NCBI GenBank assembly: GCA_964252035.1 | Contig: OZ176215.1 | Length of the DNA: 64,000 nt | Reading direction: 5' to 3' (one strand) | From: Podarcis erhardii | Lineage: Eukaryota | Shown: in pieces, positions 22,469 to 34,180 of the stretch | Layout: every line of letters begins with the position of its first letter | How positions within the stretch are numbered: the stretch's first letter is position 1 | The notes under the pieces: model-generated | Told to the model about the DNA's origin: nothing | What the model saw: the letters and a program-made list of their open reading frames with translations, nothing else | Database searches by the model: none | Position numbers and translations under genes: made by a program

Positions 22469-22806
22469 TATTTATTTATAAACCACCTTTTCCATGACAG
22501 GAGGCTTACAGATAAAAGAACAGCTAAAACCAGCTAGTGTTGCAAGCAAATGGGCCAGTTTCTCGACTGGAGTGCACTGAAAGCTTTCCTTCCTCCCTGT
22601 GATTTTAAAAATATTTTTATACTTTATATCCTACCTTCCCTCTCAAAGAGCAGCAAAGTCCCTGCCCATTCCTGGGGTACTTCTTGCCATCGCCCTAGCT
22701 GTGCCTGTGGGCTGCTGTCCCAGCCCTTCCGTTGCCTGCCTAGGACATGCCTGTACATAGGCTGTGCTGCTCATTCTTCTTGCCTCCATTCTCTCCTCCC
22801 TGCCAG

Positions 22807-22894
22807 AGACATCATCCTGGAGAGCACCCCTACAGACAACCCCACGGCGCAGAGCAACCTCTACATCCTGACGGGTCACGAGAGCAGCTACTGA
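22807..22894 (+). CDS. MAP4K2: MAP4K2 last coding exon (32) with stop
   Basis: tgccag|A GAC ATC...TAC TGA; [28 protein letters not shown], the typical GCK-I C-terminus. Confidence 0.95.
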
Positions 22895-23583
22895 CGACCT
22901 CCTTTCAAAGCCTCCAGCCTCTGGGAGGTGGTCATCTCAGCCTTGTGGGGATGCACTATTGTTGGAGACACAGGGCTGCAAGCCATGCCTGCTGATGGCA
23001 GAGATGATTGCCAGCATGTGTGTGTGTGTGGCAAAGACGGGTTGGAAATCAGAAGAGCCTCCACTCTGCTGCCACATACACTGGACGCAACCTCGGTTTG
23101 GCTCCGGAAATGCTCTTCGCCCGTCATCCTCGTCTTCCTGAGAACCTGCTGTGCACAAGGATGGGAGGAGCTCTTTCCTCCTGACTTGGGCCAGCAACTC
23201 CTGAGAAACTTTTGCAATAATTTGACCACTAGCCATTTGGAAGAATTTGCAATCTTTCCTGGCTGACACCTTGTGCCTGCTTGAATGCTTCCCTCCTTCC
23301 CTTTAGGAGTTGCGCTCCCGTGATGCTGCGGAGGGGCGCCAAAATCTGCTGCCGTGTGAAGACAATCGTTTGTTGGGTGGGGGAGCGCACCCCCCTTCCC
23401 TTAGCACTTGAGCTTTAATTTAAAGGTCTTTCAGGGCACTTTGAGATTCTGGCCTGCCCCCATTGACTGGGGGGGTCGGGCAACATTTGTTTTGTGGCTG
23501 GACAGCTGAGTGGACAGATGCTGAAGATGGGCAGGGCTGAGTGATGATGATGATGAAAGAGGTGGGGTGTATATGGGGGTTTG

Positions 23584-23585
<2 letters not shown>

Positions 23586-23615
<30 letters not shown>
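23586..23615. repeat. (GT)n microsatellite in the MAP4K2 3' UTR region
   Basis: Direct reading of the sequence. Confidence 0.9.
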
Positions 23616-23617
<2 letters not shown>

Positions 23618-24761
23618 TTGGGTGTCATGCTTGTTGATTGACTAGGTAGGGAGAGTAACTGCCTCCCTGCATGGATGGTTGTTGTTTTGGGTGAGACAGT
23701 GGTGGCTTAGGTGGCACCTGAGCTCATCGCTCAACAGAGCCTCTCAGGTGCTCCAGGCCAGTTCTGACCATCACTGTAATTAATCCCCATGGAGAATTGT
23801 GAAAGGGGCTGTGGAATCTCTAGTGGAATCAGCACCTTTGCAAAAAACTTCAGTTCCCAGGGGCCTTTAGAAAGAATGCAATGCAAGCCAGTTTTGAGAA
23901 AGTTTACACTATGGGGGCCAAACCAGACAGTATGATAAATGTCTGCTTCTTGCATTGCTTGATGGTCTGTTGTTTTTTTTAAAGGGGGTGTAATCAAACA
24001 AATTAAATGCAAACTTGCATGTCATGTTATGTGGGGTGTCTTTCGTCCAGCCTTGTCCAGCATGTCATGGCCTTACTTATAGTTGCTATCTGGAATGCAA
24101 GGAGGAGGAGGCCTGAATCTTTTCCCCATGAACCACAGCCCTGATGAAAATGGTCCCCAGCCACTTCTTGGGGGAATAGCAGCTTCTCTCGCAGGGTAAA
24201 TAGCTGCATGCAGGATGGTGTGGCAGGATGGCTGGGGGAAAGGATCCTGATCCTCAGCTGTTCACTTTAAAGTGCAGTCACACATTTAATGTACTGTCTG
24301 GGGTTTTGGCCTTCTCTTAGTAGCATGGATGTTCACTCTGAGGCAGGTGGAGGAGCCCCAGCTGGGCCACGTCTTGTGGGTGTCCTGTCCTGGCGGTAGG
24401 TTGGTTGGCTGAATGACTACTGAGTGCTGCTGCTGTGGTCCTCCTGCCAGGCATTCCGATTCAGCTTGCCTTGGCCGCAGAGGAAGGCTGCACGAGTCAC
24501 TTCAAGGCAGGTTTGTGTGTGTTTTGGGGGGCCTTCTTTGCTGCCTTTGAAGCCCAGAAGAGACTCCCCATCGGAATCACAACTGTGGACCATCAGGGCT
24601 GACCGCAACTCTGCTTTAACTTGGATGCCAAGAACTTTCCTTCCCAGGATGCCAATATCTCTGTGGTTTTTAATTGCTAAAGCTGAAATTTATTGTCTGA
24701 GAACAGAGGGGAGAAAACCCAAACTTGAAAAGAAAATTGCTATTTAACGTAAGGGTTTGAT

Positions 24762-24767
24762 ATTAAA
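24762..24767 (+). terminator. Candidate MAP4K2 polyadenylation signal (ATTAAA)
   Basis: ATTAAA followed by GU/U-rich sequence, about 1.9 kb after the stop; no transcript evidence available. Confidence 0.4.
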
Positions 24768-24864
24768 TTGTGGTATTTTACTCCCCAGTGGATGTGTGGA
24801 ATTAATGGATCTGATTTTGTTAAATTTTGAATTGGGAGTCTTTGGTGTGGTGTTTTAGGCCAAT

Positions 24865-24992
24865 CTAGACCCAGAAAAACTGTCTGTGGACAAATGTCGG
24901 CTCCTTTGGCCAGTAAAGCGAGATGAGCGCCGCAACCCCAGAGTTGTTCGCGACTGGACTTAACTGTCAGGGGTCCTTTACCTTTACCTTTT
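24865..24992 (+). mobile_element. Sauria SINE, 5'-truncated
   Basis: gagatgagcgccgcaaccccagag...ggggtcctttacctttaccttt (ACCTTT tail); matches the reverse complement of 46635-46730. Confidence 0.8.
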
Positions 24993-27379
24993 TAATTCAC
25001 TGAAAGAGCAGGGACTTCCTCCCATTCTCTTTCTGTGATGCTGATGCTCCTTCTTAGTTGGTTAAGAGGCTGGGAGGGCTAAAAAAGAAGACATGGCTTC
25101 TCTCTGTGTGTTTCTTAGTAGGGGATTGGTATTGTAATCTGTCATGAGCACCCTGTTATGTGGGGAAAGGTAAGATATAAGCCAACAAATAATTTAAAAA
25201 GTTAAAAAAAGAACTCAGTTCCCTCCCTTTTCATTTGCTATGTGTTTGCAGAGCTTGATTAGCTGGGGACTGGCACTAGGGGTAGGGGAACGCCAGTTTT
25301 AACTTACTCTGATGTTGGGGGTGATTCCCTCACCTGTGAACTTGCTTGATCTGCTGCCATAGGTCCAGGGGTGGAGGCTGAAGGACACAAGTGACAAATC
25401 AGAGCCACGGCAGAGAAATTCCCAGTGCAAATTCCCACATGTGTATCCCCCAGAGGAGGAGGAGGAATGTGCCTCAATGTCCCCCCACCCCCTGGTTCCA
25501 GCTCCCATTCCTTGCACACGCTACAGCAGGGGGGTAAAGCTGGAATCAGCACCCAGGCACGCACTGCTCCATCCACCCATCAATGCACATACGTGCATCC
25601 ACACAAACACACATCCACATTGCTTGCAAACAAAAGAGACAGACTGCATTCTCTCTAAGGGGGAACCCTCTTTCCATCTGAGGGGGCAGAAAAGTTGAGC
25701 AGCTGGGCAAGCCCCTCCTGGCACTCTCTGCTCCACCTCCTGCCACAGGCCCCCCCCCTTGCCACCCTACTTTTGTTCCAGGAAGTCACGGCATCAGGAG
25801 CAAGTCAAAAGTCATTGCAGTGCTAGGCGCCAAATCTTATCTTCCTGGTGCAGACATTGCCTCTGGTTGTTTCCTCTTGTCGCTGTCTTCCCTTCCATGA
25901 CACAGAAGTGCTGGAAGGCACAGGGACAGCCAGCCAAGCACGCATACACACACATTTACACATCCAGCTGGCAACACACACCACAAGGACTCAGCGGCAA
26001 GAGCACACACACCCCTCCCAAAAAACCTAAACACCCCAGTCTTCCTCATTGGTGCATGGAATAACTCAGTCAGCAGCATGATCCCAAAGGAATGGAGTGA
26101 TCAGAACTGTCATCTGGAATTAAGTTTGGGGTACAGTTCTTAATTTCTACAGCCACAGGGTAGCATTCCCACCCCCACTGCAAAAGCCCTTCTTCCTAAT
26201 CCCAGCTGTGTCTTGGCTAGAAGTGACTCTTCAGTGGCCATGGACAGTGGCCCCTCATTCCCACTTGTCATAGTTATCCCATGGGTTGGGAGAGGGGTCT
26301 GCTTCACCAGCATGTTTTCTGCAATAAATATGCCAGTGAAGGAGCTCCCAGCAGGACTGAACCATACCCCTTGGCTGTCCCACCAGTGATGTCTGATGAT
26401 TGACAGGTGGTTTGGGAGGGAAAGGCCTCCCTGGCCAATTTGGACCCCCTGATTGATCGAGACTAGCCCACAGAATGGAAGTTCTCCACCACCTAATTTG
26501 GGGAGGACCCAAGTGTAAAAGGGCTGAGAAGCACTTTCCTGAACAAACCCTGCACACTGATTATGACATTTTGAAAAACCTGCCAGAAACCCCCACAGGG
26601 GTAATGAACATGCAGGTCTGCAAGCCTAGGGGTGGCCATGATACCACCCACACCACCTGAGTGTGTTCACCCAAAAAATGACAGTTCCTCAGTCAAGAGG
26701 CAGCCCCTGCTCAGGTGATAAATAGTAAGGCTGGCACAGGACACATAACCATTTTATTATTTATACGCCACCCATCTGGCTGGGTTTCCCCAGCCACTCT
26801 GGGCGGCTTACATGTAAATCACATCCCAGTTTCCCCTCCTGGAGCCAAATGCACTCCCTTCTTGCAAGCACTGGGAGCAACTGGGAACACAGTTTAAAGC
26901 TCCCAATTCTTCCTTTGAAGCACTGTCCTTTCCCACATGGGCATGTATGACATCATGGAAGGCATGAATGACGTGAGGTGCAGGGCAGTTGGGTGTCCCC
27001 AGAACAGCCTAGTGGGCCCCGTGGGGCTCCTGGACTGGAAGTTCCCCAGTCCTGCAATAAATACAAATACAGACATATCATAGGCCACTGAATGAAGGTG
27101 GGTTCTTTAAATCAAGCCACGCCCATACCCCCTCTAGCCCCGCCCACTACTCGAATGTGGCCCCCAAGAGCTTTTCCATGAGATAACGTGTTAAACTGAA
27201 ATGAGTTGCTCTATCTTGGGCCTTGACTTAAAAGGCGAGCCTCCCAGAATCCTTTGAGGACCCCGCAGACTCAAACTCCTGCTTTTCCCATAAGCCTCTG
27301 CGCTGGGAAAGTGAGCCGCTTCAGCTCCTTGCTAATAAACTCTCTGAACCAAAGGTTCACCCCACCCCGGCCACCTTAA

Positions 27380-27865
27380 ACTGTTATCCAATGACAGATA
27401 ACGAGCTCCTTGACGTCATCCCTTCTGAACGTCCTTCCCGCAAACGCAGAAAGCGTAGTAACCCGAGAGGCGGGGGGAGGGAGGGGCTCAAGTACAACCA
27501 ATCAGAGTTCCTCGCAGTTTCGAGTCTCCCACTTTTCAGCTACGTTTTCCGCCCACCGTGCTTCACAGCCAATCCGTGACCACGGCGGCGCGGTTTATAG
27601 CTGAGCGACAACCGATAGACCCAATCCACTTCAGTCCTGCCTTTCCGTTGCCTTCCTGCCAATCCCTTTCCCGCGAACGCGCCCTTCTTCCAATCGCCTC
27701 ACGGCGCGGGCTGAGCGACAAGAACCTTGCCCAACGGGGTAGTGCGCGGGAGCGCGAAGGACGGGTCCTGCGACCAATCGCCGCCTCCCGCCTTTGTGAG
27801 GGGAGACTTTGGCGTGGAAGGTTCGCGAAATCGCGGCGGGCGCCATTGCGTGTGTCTCTCCGTCT
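27380..27865 (+). promoter_or_regulatory. SF1 CpG-island promoter/5' UTR with 7 CCAAT boxes and a CRE
   Basis: CCAAT at 27388, 27498, 27569, 27621, 27659, 27690, 27774; TGACGTCA at 27411-27418; CpG-rich DNA continues through exon 1 to about 28750. Confidence 0.8.
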
Positions 27866-28170
27866 ATGGCGACTGGAGCGAACGCGACGCCGCTGGGGAA
27901 GCTCCACCCGCCCCCGCCGCCGGGCAAGGCCGGCTACCCGCTGCCTCCGCCGGGCCTGGTCATGCAAGGGCCCCCGCCTCCACCGCCGCCGCCGGGCCCC
28001 GCGCAGGCCCAGCCTCAGCCCGCCATCCCCAGCCTCATGGCGGCCGCCGCCTTCCCCTTCGCCGCCCTCCCGCCGCCACCGCCGCCGCCGCCTCCTCCGC
28101 CGCCGCCGCCACCGCAGCAGCCCCAGCCGCCTCCCCAGCAGCAGCAGCCCCCGCCGCCGCCCCCGCCGGC

Positions 28171-28202
<32 letters not shown>

Positions 28203-28358
28203 CTCAACAGGCCCAGTATAGCCAGTACCGCTTCCCCTCGCCCCCGCCGCAGCCCCCGCTGGGCCTGGAGCAGCAGCAGCCCCCGCCGCAAGGCCCGCAG
28301 CACCTCCACCACCTCCAGCAGCAGGACGAGGGCGGACAGGCCGGGGCCGGGAACCAAG
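27866..28358 (+). CDS. SF1: SF1 exon 1 (long Pro/Gln-rich form)
   Basis: ATG 27866; MATGANATPLGKLH...AAAAFPFAALP15...Q10...GNQ; ends at phase-1 donor CAAG|GCAAGT (GC donor), matching the phase of exon 2. Confidence 0.8.
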
Positions 28359-30209
28359 GCAAGTCGGAGGGAGGAATGGCACGCGGCCGCCAGCGCCGCC
28401 TAACGTTTTATTACTATTATTTGATCGCTGTTGGTATGAATGCCTCGCTGTCCAAGAGGCCTTCTTTCTCTTTGAGGTAGGCTAGGTTGAGAATGGAGGG
28501 GAGGGCAGTTCCTCCCCCGTCTCCATGCGAAGCAGGTCAAACGCGCGGGGGAGAGGCTGGCTCGAGAGGCATCCTTTGCCATCACAGCAACGCTGCTAGG
28601 TTGGGCTAGAGGGGTGTGAGAAAGTGACTGTCCCGAGATCGCTCCGGAGGAGGAGGAGCGGGGGCCAGAGGCTGATCGCCGGTCTCTCCAAAAAGACACT
28701 CTCCTGAGCCGCCACACCAGGCTGTGTGTAAAACAGGCGACGTGGCCCTTCGGGATAGGATTGCCACGTGGTTCCTCTGCAGCTTCTAATGGTAGTTTCA
28801 GTGCTCCTTATTTTAGGGATTTTTATGTTCCTGTAACAGGAACATAAGGCTAGGGTTTCTGGTCAAATGTAATAACTCAATTTAAAAGAAAAAGAAACCA
28901 AGTTTAACTCATAAAGAGCTAGCTGCACATCAGAGAACTTAACCAGATGTCACGGATGAAGCCAGATAGAGGGATTTTGAACTCCCTTTCATCTCATTTC
29001 CTTCGGGTTATGTTTACAAACATGATTCTAGTAAGCGTGACATTAAACACAGGGAGCTAGAGAAGGAGTGGATTGAATGAAAGAGGAACGAAAAATAAAA
29101 TGCTGGTGTGGCTTTATTACTGTTAATAATAATAGGACAGGGAACACCCAAGTATCAAATTTCCAAGCTCACTGGGTGGCCTTGGACTCATCAACCTACC
29201 TCTCAGGATTGTTGTGAGGTTAAAATGGGGGGTGGAGAAGAATCAATGTGTTATAAAAACAAATATAATTGTGCTTATTATGGTTTGAGAGAGGTTTCTA
29301 GTTGGGAAACAGTGGACATGGTTTAAGGGAAGTGTGTAATCTGGTGTGTTGGTGCCTTTGAAAAAGCTGGCTGTTTCCCTGTGGATAAGGATGGACAAAA
29401 TGCAGCCTAGTTGTAGGACTGTTAAAAGAATTGCGTAATAAAGCTTCTGTTTTTCTAACTCATATCATTTTTAAGGGCAGTTAATTTTACCCTGATTTTA
29501 ATGTTCTCCAGGAAAAATCATTTTCAAAATCTTGGAATAAGACAAAAAGTCTTGTAAGTAGATTGTAATTCTGTGGAAAATGTTACACATCTGAAGGAAC
29601 TGTCATTCATGTAATTTTGCAGTGCTTCATTTGGTGCAGATACTGTTTAATAATTAAGCAAATTACTTGAGATATGTACCAGGGTATGTGGAGAAATAAG
29701 TAGTAGGCTCTCATGTTCCAAATGTTTGCTGATCTAGAACTAAATAGTACTGTAGTAGCTTTGCGTCCATAATCTGGGGGCAAGGCTACTTTGTGTGGTG
29801 TTTCTGTATCCCTTTTTGCACTGTCTTAGCTCCGCAACAGTTTCATCTCTGAGAATATATTACTGTACTTCGCAGTTTGACTTTGGATTGTGTATTAATG
29901 TTGAAAGGGCATGTAATTCTTGCTTTCTTTTTGGAGTCTTTAGTAAGATTAATTAACTGCATGCTCACCTAAAAGCCACAGGCATTAGCCAAGTTATAAA
30001 AAGAAGAAAAGGCTTGTTCAAGAGACACAGCATGCCTAAACTGAAATGACTTTGAAATCCAAAGGAACTAAAGAGTTGGTTCCCAGATTGCAAGAGACCC
30101 CATTGTCCATTTTATCTGTGTGGGAGCTTGATCATTGAAAGAATAGAGATGGTTTTTTACGCTGTGTGCGCTTGTGATATGCTTTCAGGACCTTGTCACT
30201 CTTCCCCTG

Positions 30210-30223
30210 ACTACTACTACTAC

Positions 30224-30255
<32 letters not shown>

Positions 30256-30256
30256 T
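30210..30256. repeat. (ACT)n(AAT)n compound microsatellite
   Basis: Direct reading of the sequence. Confidence 0.85.
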
Positions 30257-30441
30257 GTTTTTAATATTGAATTTTAAATTGCTGTAACCCACCCTGGGAC
30301 CTGATAGTAAAGGGTGGGGTGGTAATAATAATAATATGCCATGGTGGGGAGCTTGAACAATGCTAACTAAAGGTACCTTAAAGCCAAATTGAACTTTGAC
30401 ACTTATTAACTGTTCCTTTAAAGAAACCTATCTGTCTGCAG

Positions 30442-30570
30442 ATTTTCCCAATAAAAAGAGGAAGAGGAGTAGATGGAACCAAGATACCATGGACCAGAAG
30501 ACTGTCATCCCTGGAATGCCCACAGTTATCCCTCCTGGGCTTACCCGTGAACAAGAGAGAGCTTATATAG
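30442..30570 (+). CDS. SF1: SF1 exon 2 (U2AF65-binding ULM, KRKRSRW)
   Basis: ctgcag|..|gtaaat; (D)FPNKKRKRSRWNQDTMDQKTVIPGMPTVIPPGLTREQERAYI; 129 bp. Confidence 0.97.
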   Translation: MFPIKRGRGVDGTKIPWTRRLSSLECPQLSLLGLPVNKRELI

Positions 30571-33109
30571 GTAAATACTCGTTCTTTTCCTGTTTTCATT
30601 TGTTCGTGTCAGTACTGATCCAGACACTATTTTTGGTTGTGTGCGTCTGAGGCATTTAAAAATTGTGCTTTTAAGGGCTCAAGTTATTCCGGCCTTGTTT
30701 TCATTTCTTAAAATAGATGAATATTCATGTCTCTGCTCAGAGTGAATTGTGCGCCATCCTAGCTCCTTGTACTGTTTGGGTGAAAGAGTGTCCTCCACAG
30801 GCACAGTAGAAAAGCTAAAGTCCTTTGAGGTGCTGGGGAATGAAACTTGCTGACATTTACTTAATTGGCCATTAAAATCTAATCAGGAGGGTCTCTTATT
30901 AGCTTCACAGACTCCCTGCTAACAGAGAACACTAAGAGTCCCTTTTCAAGCTGTATTGTTGGAAGCAAGTACCTCTTTTGCAGTGGAATATTGTAAACTA
31001 ACCTAACCATGGTTCCCTTCTGACTTTCTCTTATGTTGCTATGCTAATACTTTAAAGCTAAAATTGATACTCCAAGGTGGTGAAGATTGTTGATGCCACT
31101 CAAAAGCAGGGAGAGCCCCCTAACTTCTGATTTTTGATGGGTGGGCTTCGCTAGGTTAGTTTGTGGATCTGTACTCACGTACACAATTGCTGGGAAAGAG
31201 ACACTGTTCGGTTCTGTGGGAATCATGATGTTGGAACTGTTAACTGTGAAAACTGGGGAGTGACAAATGATACTGGGGAGTGACAAATAATAAATGTATG
31301 TGGAACAGAGAATGTTATTTGCATTATTTGTATTGAGAAACGTGTTGTGACTGTTTATTTGTGACTGTTGATCAGTACTCCGACTAAAATCATTCTAGTG
31401 TGCTCTGGTGTTACATTACATGGTACAGTCCTTGCCATCTCAATAAACCAAGGTTTTCCCCTGAACATAAGGCCATTTAATTACTGTTCATCTCATTAGG
31501 ATTGCACAATAAGCTTTAACTCCTTTCTTATGCATAAATCACTGAGAATTTTGATATATAATGTATAGCTATCCATAATACTGCTGAGAGCTGCTTTACT
31601 GCTCTAAAGGCTTGCACAATTTTCAAGGTTAAGTCAATGTTTATACAGTGCAGAATGTTCTCTCTTGAGTCGGTCAAAGTTTCTGTATTGAAAAGGTGTG
31701 CCTCTTAATGCAAGTTGGAAAAGCTGGTTGTTACCTTGTGCTCTGCACTGCATTTTTTAACATTTCTGAAGTGTTTTTTTTGTTTTTGTTTTTTTTAAAA
31801 AATATTTCTACTTAGGCTTTGCTTAACCAAGCTACACTACCTGATCCCTACCTTATATTCTTATTAACAGTAACTTGGTACTAATTTAATAGTTTTTACA
31901 GATCTGGTAGAGAATCGATGTGGGCGAAAGAATGGTTGGCTTGAAATGATCAAAGAGAGCAGCCCTGCTGTTGAACCATTTGGTTTAGAAATGCATTAAA
32001 AATAAATTCTGATATGTAATTGAGCAGCTCTGTCAGACTCTGCTAACAAACAGCTCTGTCTGTAAATGGATAGAATTGGGTCAGAATTCTCAGTCTATGC
32101 GAAGATACGAGTGCCCCATTTGCTTAACTAACTGGTATGGTGAAGATGGGCCTTGTAGTCCACAACAGAACTAGGTAAAGAGGCAGAGGAACGTGTCACG
32201 TTTATTGAGCCTAAATACTATCACAAAGGTACATGCACATCTGTAATAAGGGAGTGAGGAAGGCTCCTTCTATGTGAAAGAGAATATACCATTAATGCGA
32301 GAGATGAAATACCAGTGTCAAAAAATCATAGTATTGCAGCATTTCAATAAAGGAAAAACAATTTTTAAAAAACCAAAGCTTTGCTTGTGAGCAAGCTCTG
32401 GAAATAAGTTCCAACGTGTTCTGAACTTCGCCATGGTCAACTCTATTGATTTCAACAGGTGATTGATTTGCTTGAACCTTTTCAAATTATGTTTACTTCA
32501 AGGAGATCAAACATAAAGAAGTAACTGGAGATTAGAGCTTGTTGAAGGTTTTTCATGTCTCTTACTTAAGATGAATAAGTGGGAACAAAGTTTGAGAGAG
32601 ATTCTACAGTAGAGCTAGACACTGCCTGGCCTGGAGGAGAAAAATTGGCTGATGAACTTTAGGCTGTTTTCTGCATTCTTGGAAATGTATTTGCTGAGGA
32701 CTGCAGGCTTTCTCAGTTATTATCCACATTGAGAAGCTTTGGTGACACACAAATGATGTTCATAATATGTCTTGTGTGATCACCAGTAAGTAACATATTT
32801 GTTCCTTCAGTTCTCTTATGTCTCCATAACATAATATTTAATGTCCAATAGTGTTTCAGCCCCACATTTGTTTTCACGTTTAACATCAACTGAAGAATCT
32901 AGATGTTTTCAATTATTGATTAGATAAGGCTTGCCAATGTCTAAAATAATGAAGGAAATCTTTTAGTACCAATTTTTCTGTTGGTTTTGGCTCACACATG
33001 GAATGCATTATATTTTGATGTATGTACAACGCTCAACCACCTAATATCTCATTTGTAAGATTGTGGCTGGAGAAACTGACAGCTAGTTGCATTTTCTGGC
33101 ATTGTTGGA

Positions 33110-34180
33110 TTTAATTTTAAGGGATGTCACAATAATATAAAAATACAATATTAAAATCAGTTAAGACAGTTTACAATTAAATACGTTTAGGGCTCATTCT
33201 ATTATTTTATCTTGGGCGTCAAAGGCCAAAGTAAAGAGGTGCATCTTCAGGGGACGACAAAAGATATACAGTGGTACCTCGGGTTAAGTACTTAATTCAT
33301 TCTGGAGGTCCGTTCTTAACCTGAAACTGTTCTTAACCTGAAGCACCACTTTAGCTAATGGGGCCTCCTGCTGCCGCCGCGCCGCCGGAGCACAGTTTCT
33401 GTTCTCATCCTGAAGCAAAGTTCTTAACCTGAAGCACTATTTCTGGGTTAGCAGAGTCTGTAACCTGAAGCGTATGTAACCTGAGGTACCACTGTACAGT
33501 GAAGGTGCCAGACACATCTCTGAGAAGGAAATTCTACAACTTGGGGGCTGCTGCACAGAACGACCTCATCAGGGCCATCATGTCTGAACTTCTGAGGGTG
33601 TTGGAACTACCAAGAGGGCCTCCGTATGCTGAGCACAACACCTGAGAGCATCTTTAGGGAAGGAGTTGCTCTTGCAGAATTTGGGGGCCTAAACTCTTTA
33701 AGGCTTTAAAATGCTAATGTGAGCACCTTGAATTGGGCAACCAATGCAGCTCTTTAAAGGCAGGTATTATGTGCATTCTAAGTGGAACTCTAGCCAGCAA
33801 TATGGTCACTGCATTTTGGACCAGTTGAAGTTTCTTGGTCATCTTTAAGGGGGCAGACACAGTAGAGTGCATTGCAATAATTCAGTCTGGAAGAGCATGG
33901 AGTGCAGTGGTTAATTCATCTCAGGCTAAAAGGGGTCCTAGCTGTGCACCAGTCAAAGCTGGAAATAGGCATTCCTAGCCACCAAGGCCACCTGAGCCTC
34001 CAGTATCCAGCAGTTTACCTGACCCCAAAGTATGGGGTCTGCTGCTTCTTGAGGATTCAGCTTCAGCTTACTGACTCAAATCCAGCCTCAATTCATTGGC
34101 TTGTGTTTTGGCTCTTTATAGCATCTTCCAAAGTTACTCTCAGTTATTTCAGGGGAATCTCACAATTTGACATGGCTCCA
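33110..34180 (-). mobile_element. Old L2 LINE fragment interrupted by a MITE
   Basis: Reverse strand contains a degenerate RLNYCNALY (L2 DYCN motif) at about 33860-33890; limits approximate. Confidence 0.5.
33269..33494. mobile_element. Tigger-like MITE (family A), complete
   Basis: TA|CAGTGGTACCTCGGGTT...AACCTGAGGTACCACTG|TA; 226 bp. Confidence 0.9.

Noticed and set aside
27563-28357. 264-aa antisense ORF, and the 281-aa and 164-aa alternative-frame ORFs over SF1 exon 1
   Set aside because: These are shadow frames of GC-rich CCG/CAG repeats that lack stop codons; they give only low-complexity Arg/Leu/Ala runs with no domain.
28434-28480. GT donors at 28434 and 28477 as the main end of SF1 exon 1
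   Set aside because: 28477 is in the wrong phase. 28434 is in phase but adds AT-rich, atypical sequence. The GC donor at 28359 fits better, though 28434 remains a testable alternative.
31252-31290. Direct repeat ACTGGGGAGTGACAAAT x2
   Set aside because: It is a simple 20-bp tandem duplication with no spacer array (not CRISPR-like) and no further copies.
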